29,218 nucleotides of DNA from Lentisphaeria bacterium (GTDB lineage: Bacteria; Verrucomicrobiota; Lentisphaeria; Victivallales; UBA1829): assembly GCA_017504325.1 (NCBI GenBank), contig JAFVRL010000125.1:1-29218 (forward strand), in the 5' to 3' direction. Every line of letters starts with the position of its first letter. The first letter of the stretch is position 1. The notes beneath the pieces were generated by a model. That model ran no database searches. It saw nothing but the letters and a program-made list of their open reading frames with translations, and was not told the DNA's origin. Below are positions 1 through 8,433 of this stretch, piece after piece. The position numbers were made by a program, and so were the translations under genes.

Positions 1-2
1 TT

Positions 3-497
3 ATTGAAGTTATGGAGGATGCCATGACCGCCAATGTGGCTGGAACAGTGACAATGGGGGATTATCTGCACGGATTTATGACCGGTCTTGCCGGAGCTTT
101 GCGTGCAAAGGGCAGACAGACCATCGAAATGCGTATTCCCAGAGTGGATACATTCAATATCGGTATGCTGATCGCACTGTATGAACGCGCCGTTGCCGCT
201 TATGCGGAACTCATCCATATCAATGCTTTCCATCAGCCCGGTGTCCAGGCTTACAAACTTGCCAGTAAAGGTGTGATCGCTCTTCTCAATGATACAGAAA
301 AAGCATTGCCGGAAATCGCTCCTTTCAACGACACGATCGAAGAACTGGCCGCAAAACTGGGAATGGAAGAAGATCTTTACATTCTGGAAGGGATCATGGC
401 AAAACTTGCTTTCAACAATGAAAAAAGACTTCTCTGCGTAAAGATCACAAGAGAGTGGAAAGACTCGTTTTGGAATTACTGTATCGTGAAAAAGTAA
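3..497 (+). CDS. pgi: Glucose-6-phosphate isomerase, C-terminal part (5' truncated by window edge)
   Basis: The frame is open to the left edge (ATT GAA GTT ATG). It contains GDYLHGF, IGMLIALYERAV and the PGI C-terminal motif INAFHQPGVQAYK, plus a C-terminal extension of the kind seen in cyanobacterial/PVC PGIs. Confidence 0.9.
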   Translation: MEVMEDAMTANVAGTVTMGDYLHGFMTGLAGALRAKGRQTIEMRIPRVDTFNIGMLIALYERAVAAYAELIHINAFHQPGVQAYKLASKGVIALLNDTEKALPEIAPFNDTIEELAAKLGMEEDLYILEGIMAKLAFNNEKRLLCVKITREWKDSFWNYCIVKK

Positions 498-521
498 GAC
501 GGGAAAAGTGAGGATTCTGCT

Positions 522-1343
522 ATGAAAATATTTTCCATGTTTCTGGTGTGTATTTTTTCTTTGAGCCTGACTGCTGCCCCTGTGCAGAAGAAAATTTCTG
601 CTCCTCTCACACAGGAGCAGAAAGATGCCAATGCCGGAAAAGCGGAGGAGTCTTTTCAGAAAGTTCTGGCAAGACTGAAAAAAGATCCGGGATTTATGAA
701 AAAAGCGACCACTCCCGCCAAAGGCAGCAGCCAGCATAATAAACGCATTGCTGAAAAAATGGCGCAGGCAAAGGCACAGAAGGAAAAGATCAGGATCCTT
801 TTTCTGGGGGATTCCATCACCCATGGCTGGGAAAGAGCCGGTAAAAAACTTTTTGAAAAGAATTTTGCCCCTTACAATACTCTGAATCTGGGATGTAACG
901 GCGACCGTACAGAATATACTTTGTGGTTCGTGGAAAAAAGCGGTATTCTGGATCATATCAGGCCGCAGCTTGTGGTTATGATGATCGGTACCAATAATTT
1001 GAGCAGAAGTTATTCTCCGGAAGCCGTGGCAAAAGCCATCGGGATGATCAAAGACAGCCTCCGGAAACGGTATCCGGAAGCAAAGATCCTTCTGTACGGG
1101 ATCTTCCCCAGAGAGGGGGACCCGGCACATCCGCTGCGGCTTCTTATCGCCCGTACCAATGCGATCATTTCCACTTATGCCGACAATAAAAATGTTTTTT
1201 ATGAGGACATCGGTTTTTATATGCTCAATCCTTCCGGGTATCTGCAGCGGAGCATGATGCGGGATCTGCTTCACCCCGGGGAGGAAGGGTATCAGATCTG
1301 GACAGATTCCATTATGAAGTATGTGCAGAGATATGTGAAATAA
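522..1343 (+). CDS. Secreted SGNH/GDSL hydrolase (PAF-acetylhydrolase-like esterase)
   Basis: N-terminal signal peptide (MKIFSMFLVCIFSLSLTAA); block I FLGDSIT, block II GCNGDRT, block III GTNN, block V DLLHP; RBS GAGGA upstream. Confidence 0.88.
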   Translation: MKIFSMFLVCIFSLSLTAAPVQKKISAPLTQEQKDANAGKAEESFQKVLARLKKDPGFMKKATTPAKGSSQHNKRIAEKMAQAKAQKEKIRILFLGDSITHGWERAGKKLFEKNFAPYNTLNLGCNGDRTEYTLWFVEKSGILDHIRPQLVVMMIGTNNLSRSYSPEAVAKAIGMIKDSLRKRYPEAKILLYGIFPREGDPAHPLRLLIARTNAIISTYADNKNVFYEDIGFYMLNPSGYLQRSMMRDLLHPGEEGYQIWTDSIMKYVQRYVK

Positions 1344-1344
1344 G

Positions 1345-1419
1345 AAAACGGGAACACCGGAATTGCAATGACTGCCCGGCACTGACTTCCGGGCATTTTA
1401 TCCCGGTATTCCCGTTTTT
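1345..1419 (+). terminator. Long interrupted hairpin, probable intrinsic terminator of the pgi/SGNH unit
   Basis: AAAACGGGAA(1345-54)/TTCCCGTTTT(1409-18), ACCGG/CCGGT and TGCCCGG(1373-79)/CCGGGCA(1389-95) nest into one rod starting 1 nt after the stop codon and ending in a T run. Confidence 0.6.
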
Positions 1420-1507
1420 CCGGAGCCGTTCCAACTCCATCCTGCCGCTCCGCCTTCATAACCGGAGCATCCTTTTGCCCTCCGCATATTCAGCCATCTG
1501 CCTGTTT

Positions 1508-1539
1508 TTTTCCGGATTTTACTCCGGAAAATACTTTTT
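1508..1539 (+). terminator. Second terminator-like hairpin
   Basis: TTTTCCGGA(1508-16)-TTTTAC-TCCGGAAAA(1523-31) followed by TACTTTTT. Confidence 0.4.
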
Positions 1540-1614
1540 CAGTGATTATTTTAAATATTTTTTTAAAACAGGACTTTTATTTTTTAAAAAAAGAGTTATT
1601 GTTATCTTGAGGGC

Positions 1615-1965
1615 TTGGACTTTTTCTCAAAAGAGAAGAGTGTCCCGGCGTTAATATATATGGAATAAAAGTGACAATTTCAAGCGGACGCATTCATTTT
1701 TTTGTATGCGCTTCCATCAGTCATATTCAGGTACAGAAGTACTTTTTTGCGGCGGAAAAGTCTGTTTATATACGCAGCGGAAAGTATGGGCAGGTTTTCT
1801 GCCGGAAAACGCAGTTGCAGGAAGAGGGACGGATGGACAGCATACAGATGAAGTGTGCATCTGCATCGGGGCGTATGCTGCCGGGATAAGTGTGTAAATA
1901 TGGTTTGTGCCGGAAAAAATCAGAGGAAGCAGGAGTTGTGTTAAGGGCATCTCCGGCTTCTTTTT
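1615..1965 (+). ncRNA. Candidate structured non-coding RNA or long 5' leader in the 6S RNA syntenic slot
   Basis: No credible ORF. An AT-rich promoter-like tract (TGnTATCTT near 1600-1608) lies upstream, there are several hairpins, and a terminator-like hairpin ends it. It sits directly 5' of the 5-formyl-THF cyclo-ligase and rny genes. A canonical 6S rod was not demonstrated. Confidence 0.3.
1926..1965 (+). terminator. Terminator/attenuator-like hairpin upstream of the 5-formyl-THF cyclo-ligase gene
   Basis: GAAGC-A-GGAG(1926-35)/CTCC-G-GCTTC(1951-60) followed by TTTTTGTGTTTTT. Confidence 0.5.
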
Positions 1966-2046
1966 GTGTTTTTACAGCGGTATGATCATACAGAAACAGC
2001 CGGTATTTACGCGTTTCTGGCGTTGAAAGAGGCGGCAGTGGTGGAA

Positions 2047-2649
2047 ATGGAACAGTACAGCAAACAAGGTTTGAGGCGGGAAAAACGACTTCTGAGGAAA
2101 AGTCTGTCCGCAGAGGACCGGAAAAGTTTTGATGATGCCATTTGCCGGACTCTTGAAGGATTGCCTGAAGTGGAAAAGTTCCCCCTGATTGCGGCGTATG
2201 CCACAGACGGGACGGAACCGGATCTTATGAGATTTCTTGAAAAAGCGGTCCGGAAGGGGAGAAAGATCTGTCTTCCCAGATGGATAAGCGATTCTGAATA
2301 CGGGATGGCGTTTGTGGATGAGTCTTTCCGGCTTGTTCAGGGAAAGTGGAATATTCCTGAACCCGGAAGTGAGGCACCCTCTGTCCCGGAGGAAGTTCTG
2401 AAAGAAGCTCTGTTTCTCGTACCCGGCGTTGCCTTTGACGAAGGCTGCGCAAGACTGGGCAGGGGAAAAGGGATCTATGACAGGATGCTTGATACGCTGA
2501 AAGGAAAGTCCATCGGGATCTTTTATGAATGTCAGAAGTGCGGAAAAGTCCCCCTTGAGGAGCATGACAGGCTTCTTGATCTTGTTGTTACGGAAAAACA
2601 GGTGTACCGTAACTGCAACGGAACCGGAAAGTGTACCGGAGAAAAATAA
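2047..2649 (+). CDS. ygfA: 5-formyltetrahydrofolate cyclo-ligase
   Basis: Motifs AAYATDGTEPD, ICLPR, WNIPEP, LVPGVAFD, RLGRGKGIYDR and HDRLLDLVVTE. The start is moved to ATG 2047 (MEQYSKQGLRR) behind a GAGG-containing purine tract. Confidence 0.9.
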   Translation: MEQYSKQGLRREKRLLRKSLSAEDRKSFDDAICRTLEGLPEVEKFPLIAAYATDGTEPDLMRFLEKAVRKGRKICLPRWISDSEYGMAFVDESFRLVQGKWNIPEPGSEAPSVPEEVLKEALFLVPGVAFDEGCARLGRGKGIYDRMLDTLKGKSIGIFYECQKCGKVPLEEHDRLLDLVVTEKQVYRNCNGTGKCTGEK

Positions 2650-2712
2650 TACACTTGTCACCTGTGGATAATTGTGGAAAAGACGGGAACAAATCAGTGA
2701 AAGGAGAAAAAT

Positions 2713-4263
2713 ATGAACTGGATCTATGCTTTTTCCGGACTGGGCGCAGGTATTGCGGTCACGGTCGTTATTTATCTTGTATTGTTGAAAGTTGTGGGTT
2801 CCAAATCCCTGAATGTGGCTGCCAGAAGAGTGGAAGATGCGGAACGGGAAGCGGAACGGTATTTGCGTGAAGCAAGGGTTACTGCTAAAAGTGATGTTCT
2901 CAAGATCAAAGAAGAGTTTGAAAATGAGATGAAGGAACGCCGTAAAGAGATCCAATCTTCTGAAAAGCGTCTTGCCCAGAAGGAGGAAAATCTGGACAGA
3001 AAGATGGATTCCTATGAGGCAAAGATGAAAAATGTGGAGAAGAAAGATCACGAAGCAGATCTTATGCGGGAAAAATTGCAGAAACGGGAAGAGGAACTCA
3101 AAAATGCCATTTCCCGTCAGATCACCGAATTGGAACGCATTACAGAACTGGATCACGAAAGTGCCAAAAACCTTCTTCTGGAAAAACTCCGGGGCGAAGT
3201 GGAGAATGAGTGCGGACTTCTGGTAAGAGACATCGTGGAAGAGTGCCGTCAGAAGGCGGAACGGGAATCCCAGCAGCTGATCGTCCATGCCATCCAGCGG
3301 TACGCCGGAGATTGTACCTATGAACGCACAACCGCCACCATTCCCCTTCCCGGTGATGAGATGAAAGGACGCATCATCGGAAGAGAGGGACGCAACATCC
3401 GTGCTTTGGAAGCGGTTACCGGTGTAAGTATTCTTATTGATGATACCCCTGAAGCGGTGGTCATATCCTGCTTTGACCCCATTCGTAAAGAGGTTGCCCG
3501 CCGCCTGTTGGAAAAACTTATTGCCGACGGAAGGATCCATCCCACCCGTATTGAAGAGTTGATCAAAAAGATCCGCAAGGAAATTGATGATGAAGTCTTT
3601 GAAGCCGGGGAAAAGGCTGTTCTGGAAACCGGGCTTCAGGGCGTACCCAAACAGTTGATCTCCCTTCTGGGCAGATTGAAATTCCGTTTCAGTTTCTCCC
3701 AGAATGTCCTTATGCATTCTATTGAAACTGCCGCTTTCATGGGAACGATCGCTGCTGAACTGGGACTGGATGAAAGAAAGGCACGCAGGATCGGGCTTTT
3801 CCACGATATCGGAAAGGCTGTTGACCACGAGATCGAAGGTACTCACGCCTCCATCGGTGCGGATCTGCTGCGGAAATACGGGGAAAATAAAGATGTGATC
3901 AATGCAGTCGCCGCCCACCATGAAGAGGTGGAAGGTACTTCCGTATATGCATTCCTTGCCAATGCCTGCGATGCTTTGAGTGCTTCCAGACCCGGTGCAA
4001 GAAGTGAGACCACAGAACTTTATCTCAAGCGTCTGGAACAGTTGGAATCCATTGCCAATGAGTTTGACGGAGTGGAATCCTGCTTTGCTCTTCAGGCGGG
4101 CAGAGAAGTGCGTGTTGTCGTTCAGCCTGAAAAGATCTCTGAAGCAAAGGCACAGCTTTTGAGCAGAGATATCTGCAACCGGATCGAAAAAGAGATGAAC
4201 TATCCCGGTCAGATCAAAGTGACCATCATCCGGGAAACCCGTGCTGTGGAATACGCAAAATAA
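2713..4263 (+). CDS. rny: Ribonuclease Y
   Basis: N-terminal TM anchor, long coiled coil, KH domain (MKGRIIGREGRNIR), HD domain (GLFHDIGK) and C-terminal AGREVRV...YPGQIKVTIIRE; RBS AAGGAG. Confidence 0.97.
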   Translation: MNWIYAFSGLGAGIAVTVVIYLVLLKVVGSKSLNVAARRVEDAEREAERYLREARVTAKSDVLKIKEEFENEMKERRKEIQSSEKRLAQKEENLDRKMDSYEAKMKNVEKKDHEADLMREKLQKREEELKNAISRQITELERITELDHESAKNLLLEKLRGEVENECGLLVRDIVEECRQKAERESQQLIVHAIQRYAGDCTYERTTATIPLPGDEMKGRIIGREGRNIRALEAVTGVSILIDDTPEAVVISCFDPIRKEVARRLLEKLIADGRIHPTRIEELIKKIRKEIDDEVFEAGEKAVLETGLQGVPKQLISLLGRLKFRFSFSQNVLMHSIETAAFMGTIAAELGLDERKARRIGLFHDIGKAVDHEIEGTHASIGADLLRKYGENKDVINAVAAHHEEVEGTSVYAFLANACDALSASRPGARSETTELYLKRLEQLESIANEFDGVESCFALQAGREVRVVVQPEKISEAKAQLLSRDICNRIEKEMNYPGQIKVTIIRETRAVEYAK

Positions 4264-4293
4264 TTTTTTGTATTCTCTTACAGGATTTCCGGT

Positions 4294-5133
4294 ATGAAAA
4301 ATTATCTGGATGAGAAGCCGTACCCCTCGGGGATCCGGAGGGAGTTGGAAGAACGATTCCTCTCTTTTGCCTTTGCATATTTTCCTGAATGCGGGAGAGA
4401 GGAAAACGCTCTTCCTTTTATTGTCCGGAGCAAGATCCATCATACATTGGATGTGTGCCGTATCGGGGAATATATCATGGAAAATGATCCCCGGTGGAAA
4501 AATACTTCCCCGGAGGAGAGATTCACCGGATACTGCACATGTCTTGCCCATGATCTTTCCCGTTTTCCCCAATACCGGGATTTCGGGACATTACGGGATG
4601 AACTCTCTTTTGATCACGGGGAAAAAAGTGCTGACATTCTCCGGAAAAGGCAATTTCTGCTGCCGGGATTTTCTGCCGGAGAACTGGAAAAAGTCATCCG
4701 TGCTGTCGGTGTGCATAATAAAAGAAGTATTCCGGAAGAGTATCCGGAAGAGGAACGGCTGCTGGCGGAACTTGTCCGGGATGCAGATAAGTTGTCCATA
4801 CTCAAAGTGGTCACGGATCATTTCGACAGACCGGAAGAGGAGAGAAGTAAAGATGTGGCACTGAATGTGCCGGATACACCCGGATGCACGGAAGAGGTAT
4901 TGGAAATGGCTCTGGCAGGCAAAGGTGTGCCTTATACGGCAATACGTTGTGTCAATGATTTCAAGATCATTGTTTTCCAATGGCCGGGGGATCTGAATTT
5001 TTCTGCCGGAGCAAAGTATGCATTGGAACATGATCTTTTCGGACATTTTGCCTCCTTTCTTCCGGCACATCCGAAAATGCATCTTCTTGTGGATATGACT
5101 ATGCACAGTTTGCAGAAACTTGCAGGGATGTGA
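4294..5133 (+). CDS. HD-domain metal-dependent phosphohydrolase
   Basis: KIHHTLDV, LAHDLSRFPQY, FDHGE, VHNK and RDADK form the H-HD-H-H-D metal ligand set. Confidence 0.85.
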   Translation: MKNYLDEKPYPSGIRRELEERFLSFAFAYFPECGREENALPFIVRSKIHHTLDVCRIGEYIMENDPRWKNTSPEERFTGYCTCLAHDLSRFPQYRDFGTLRDELSFDHGEKSADILRKRQFLLPGFSAGELEKVIRAVGVHNKRSIPEEYPEEERLLAELVRDADKLSILKVVTDHFDRPEEERSKDVALNVPDTPGCTEEVLEMALAGKGVPYTAIRCVNDFKIIVFQWPGDLNFSAGAKYALEHDLFGHFASFLPAHPKMHLLVDMTMHSLQKLAGM

Positions 5134-5140
5134 GACGAAA

Positions 5141-6109
5141 ATGGCACTTCTTGAAGTAAAAGATCTGAAAAAATATTATTCTGCCGGAGGCGGATTTTTT
5201 TCCCGGAAAAAGTTTGTGAAAGCTGTTGACGGGGTAAGTTTCACTCTGGAAGAGGGGGAGACTCTCGGACTTGTGGGGGAAAGCGGATGCGGCAAAAGCA
5301 CACTTGCAAGAGTGCTTCTGCGTCTGGAAGAACCGCAAAGCGGAAGTATTGTCCTTGACGGAACAGATCTTTGTGCGCTGAAAGGAGAGAAACTGCGGAG
5401 GAGAAGAGGGGATTTCCAGATGATCTTTCAGGATCCCTATGCCTCTCTCAATCCCAGAAGAAGTATATATTCCACACTGGAAGAACCTCTTTTACTGCAT
5501 ACGCATCTGGATGAGGCGGGAAGAAAGGAACGCATCGGGGAGCTTCTGGATATGGTGGGACTCCACCGGGAACATGCCGGAAGATATCCACATCAGTTCA
5601 GCGGCGGACAGCGTCAGAGGATCGGGATTGCCCGGGCACTGGCGGTAAATCCCCGTTTTATAGTGGCGGATGAACCGGTTTCCGCTCTGGATGTGAGTGT
5701 TCAGGCGCAGATCGTGAATCTGCTGCAGGATATACAGAAGCAGACAAAGACGGCTTTTCTTTTTATTGCCCATGATCTTGCCGTTGTGGAACATATCAGC
5801 AACAGGATCATGGTCATGTATCTGGGGAAAGTGATGGAAATGGGGGATGTCCGGCTGCTTTGCAGTACACCGGCGCATCCTTATACGGAGGCTTTGCTTG
5901 CTTCCGTACCCGTGCTTGATCCCGCCGGAAGGGGGAAAAAGAAAAGATTAACAGGGGATGTCCCTTCTCCCCTTGCACCTCCGGAAGGATGCCGTTTTCA
6001 TCCCCGGTGTCCTTATGCGGAAAAAGTCTGCATGGAGAAAGAACCGGAAATGCGTGAGATCGGTCCCGGTCACTGGTGCTGTTGTCATTTTGCGGAAAAG
6101 AGCAGGTAG
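5141..6109 (+). CDS. oppF: Oligopeptide/dipeptide ABC transporter ATP-binding protein (OppF/DppF type)
   Basis: Walker A GESGCGKS, Q-loop FQDP, signature FSGGQRQR, Walker B IVADEP, AHDL and the C-terminal PAHPYT...GCRFHPRCP oligo-HPY domain. Confidence 0.9.
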   Translation: MALLEVKDLKKYYSAGGGFFSRKKFVKAVDGVSFTLEEGETLGLVGESGCGKSTLARVLLRLEEPQSGSIVLDGTDLCALKGEKLRRRRGDFQMIFQDPYASLNPRRSIYSTLEEPLLLHTHLDEAGRKERIGELLDMVGLHREHAGRYPHQFSGGQRQRIGIARALAVNPRFIVADEPVSALDVSVQAQIVNLLQDIQKQTKTAFLFIAHDLAVVEHISNRIMVMYLGKVMEMGDVRLLCSTPAHPYTEALLASVPVLDPAGRGKKKRLTGDVPSPLAPPEGCRFHPRCPYAEKVCMEKEPEMREIGPGHWCCCHFAEKSR

Positions 6110-6136
6110 GAAAAAGTGGAGAAAAGGAGAAAGAAG

Positions 6137-8305
6137 ATGAATAAAAAATTAAGATCATTCAGTATAGCACTTCTGTTGATAACGGGGATCTTCTGCTGCG
6201 GCAGGATCGCCGCGGCGACACTGGCGGGGAAAAAAGAGCTGAATACTTCGCCGGAGCAGAGAAAACAGCTTGCCGCAACGAAAGAAATGCAGATCATTGC
6301 AAAAGTCGTAGCATATACCACAGAACACTCTCACTTCAATAAAGAAAAGATCAATACAGAGATCTCCCGTGCGCTTTTTGATGATTTTTTCAAGATCCTT
6401 GATCCCGGAAAAAACCTTTTCACGCAAAAAGATATAGACCGTTTTGCAGCCGGAAGAGACCGGGTCGCATTTCAGCTTGCTTCCGGGGATCTTTCATTTG
6501 CATTTGATGTATTTGAACTTTTTGTAAGAAGACTCCGGGAATATGAAAAATTTGTCAACAATATATTGAGCAAACCGGTGAATCTTTCCTCCGGAGAAAC
6601 CTATATACCCAACCGTTCCAAACTCCCTTACTGTGCCGATAAAAAAGCCCTGACGGAACTCTGGTACCGGCGTCTGGTGAATGATCTTATCCTGATGAAT
6701 ATGATGGATATGTCGGAAAAAGAGGAATCTGCCGGAGCTGCAGGGAAAAAGAAGGGGGGAAAGAGTACGCCTTTGCCGGTGATCAGAAAGAAAAGTCCGG
6801 AGGAACGCATTAAAAAGAGAGTGCATCAGTATGTGCAATATTATTCCAGTATGGAAGCGCAGGAGGTCACAGAACTTTTCCTGACAAGTTTTCTGCAGGT
6901 CTATGATCCCCATTCAGCATATATGTCCCCCAGGACCCAGGAGGACTTTGACATCAATATGAAGCTGTCGCTTGTAGGGATCGGGGCGGTATTGACCAAT
7001 GAGGATGGTTATACGAAAGTGGTCAAGATCATCCCCGGCGGACCGGCGGACCGGAATGGCAGATTGAAAGCCGGGGACAGGATCGCTTCTGTAAGTCAGG
7101 AAAACGGCGAACATACGGATCTTATGGATATGCCTGTTTCCAAAGTGGTGAACCATATCCGCGGAAAGAAAGGAACGAAAGTTACGCTGTATGTACTCAG
7201 TCAGGGAAACAGCGGAGTCCAGAAAAATATCACCCTTATCCGTGATGAAGTGAAACTGAAAGATTCGGAGGCGGCGGGTAAGATCCATAAAATAAAGGAT
7301 CTTGCCGGAAAAGAGAGAAAGATCGGTGTGATCACACTGCCCTCATTCTATATTGATTTTGAAGCGGCATTCCGTGGGGACAGAAATTTCAAAAGTTCTA
7401 CAAGGGATGTTCTGCGTCTTCTCGGCAAATTTGCGGCAGAGGGGGAACTGGATGGTCTTGTGATTGATTTGAGAAGCAATGGCGGAGGCAGTCTTATGGA
7501 AGCAGTGACCCTTACCGGACTTTTTATCCCGGAAGGACCGGTGGTACAGGTGCGTGATCCTAAAAATACCAAAGTGGATTCTGACCGCGATGGCGGTCTC
7601 GTTGCTTATGCCGGACCGCTTGCGGTACTGACCAACCGTTTGAGTGCTTCTGCCGCAGAGATCTTTGCCGGAGCCATACAGGATTACCGCAGGGGTATCA
7701 TTATTGGAGACAGACGCACTCACGGTAAAGGATCGGTACAGACTGTTGCGGATCTCGGGAAATATACATCCTTTCTGGGAATGGGATCTGCGGCAGGCTC
7801 TTTGAAACTCACCAATGCAAAATTCTACCGGATCAACGGGGAATCCACCCAGTTGCGCGGGGTCATGCCGGATATTGTACTTCCTGCATTTACAGAATTG
7901 ATGGAACTTGGTGAGGATAAACTTTCCCATGCCATGCCCTGGGACAAGATCGCTCCTGCCCCTTATGTACCTTTGCGTACCGGTATCCCCCAGTGTCTGG
8001 GTTTGTTGAGAGAGCTGTCAGCCGGAAGAGTTGCCTCCAATGCAGATTTCATTTCATTGCAGAAGGATATGGAGACATACAGAAAGATCCGGGACAAAAA
8101 AGAGGTGGTTCTTGATTTGCAGAAACGGTGGAAAGAGTATCAGGCGGAGAAAAAGCTTCAGGCGGAACAGGATAAACTTTTAAAACTGGATCAGGATGAG
8201 AAAGATTCCGCCAAAGCCGGAAAAGGAAAAGATCTTTATCTGGAAGAGAGTCTTGCCATTATGAGAGACTACATTTCCTGGTGTGATAAAGTGCGGAAAA
8301 ATTGA
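6137..8305 (+). CDS. prc: Carboxy-terminal processing protease (tail-specific protease, S41A, PDZ)
   Basis: Signal peptide; DPHS; PDZ GIGAVL; DLRSNGGGSL; catalytic SASAAEIFAG and GKGSVQ; KFYRINGESTQLRGV. RBS AAGGAG precedes ATG 6137. Confidence 0.92.
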   Translation: MNKKLRSFSIALLLITGIFCCGRIAAATLAGKKELNTSPEQRKQLAATKEMQIIAKVVAYTTEHSHFNKEKINTEISRALFDDFFKILDPGKNLFTQKDIDRFAAGRDRVAFQLASGDLSFAFDVFELFVRRLREYEKFVNNILSKPVNLSSGETYIPNRSKLPYCADKKALTELWYRRLVNDLILMNMMDMSEKEESAGAAGKKKGGKSTPLPVIRKKSPEERIKKRVHQYVQYYSSMEAQEVTELFLTSFLQVYDPHSAYMSPRTQEDFDINMKLSLVGIGAVLTNEDGYTKVVKIIPGGPADRNGRLKAGDRIASVSQENGEHTDLMDMPVSKVVNHIRGKKGTKVTLYVLSQGNSGVQKNITLIRDEVKLKDSEAAGKIHKIKDLAGKERKIGVITLPSFYIDFEAAFRGDRNFKSSTRDVLRLLGKFAAEGELDGLVIDLRSNGGGSLMEAVTLTGLFIPEGPVVQVRDPKNTKVDSDRDGGLVAYAGPLAVLTNRLSASAAEIFAGAIQDYRRGIIIGDRRTHGKGSVQTVADLGKYTSFLGMGSAAGSLKLTNAKFYRINGESTQLRGVMPDIVLPAFTELMELGEDKLSHAMPWDKIAPAPYVPLRTGIPQCLGLLRELSAGRVASNADFISLQKDMETYRKIRDKKEVVLDLQKRWKEYQAEKKLQAEQDKLLKLDQDEKDSAKAGKGKDLYLEESLAIMRDYISWCDKVRKN

Positions 8306-8341
8306 AAAATTTTGCATCATACCATAAAACAAATGGTGAGG

Positions 8342-8391
8342 AAAAAAAGCAGGGTGTTGCAAAACCTGAACAGGATCGCAACACCTTTTTT
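8342..8391. terminator. Bidirectional intrinsic terminator between convergent prc and the FAD oxidoreductase gene
   Basis: A run (8342-48), GGTGTTGC(8353-60)/GCAACACC(8378-85), T run (8386-91). Confidence 0.7.
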
Positions 8392-8433
8392 CATTAATTT
8401 GATCATAAAGCATAATGAAAAATCACAATATTC

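Noticed and set aside
1345-1390. Resemblance to a cobalamin riboswitch core (GGGAA...ACTGCCCGGCACTG)
   Set aside because: The P4 hairpin/T-loop and the downstream B12 box are missing. The sequence is fully explained by a hairpin right after a stop codon, and no B12-related gene follows.
1671-1950. Three short overlapping ORFs (63-77 aa) upstream of ygfA, considered as zapA
   Set aside because: There are no ZapA-like or other motifs and no RBS; the ORFs are mutually overlapping and lie in a hairpin-rich region.
1972-4572. 866-aa minus-strand ORF
   Set aside because: It is the antisense shadow of ygfA/rny; the Phe/Ile/His-rich composition is typical of reverse-read codons and there are no motifs or RBS.
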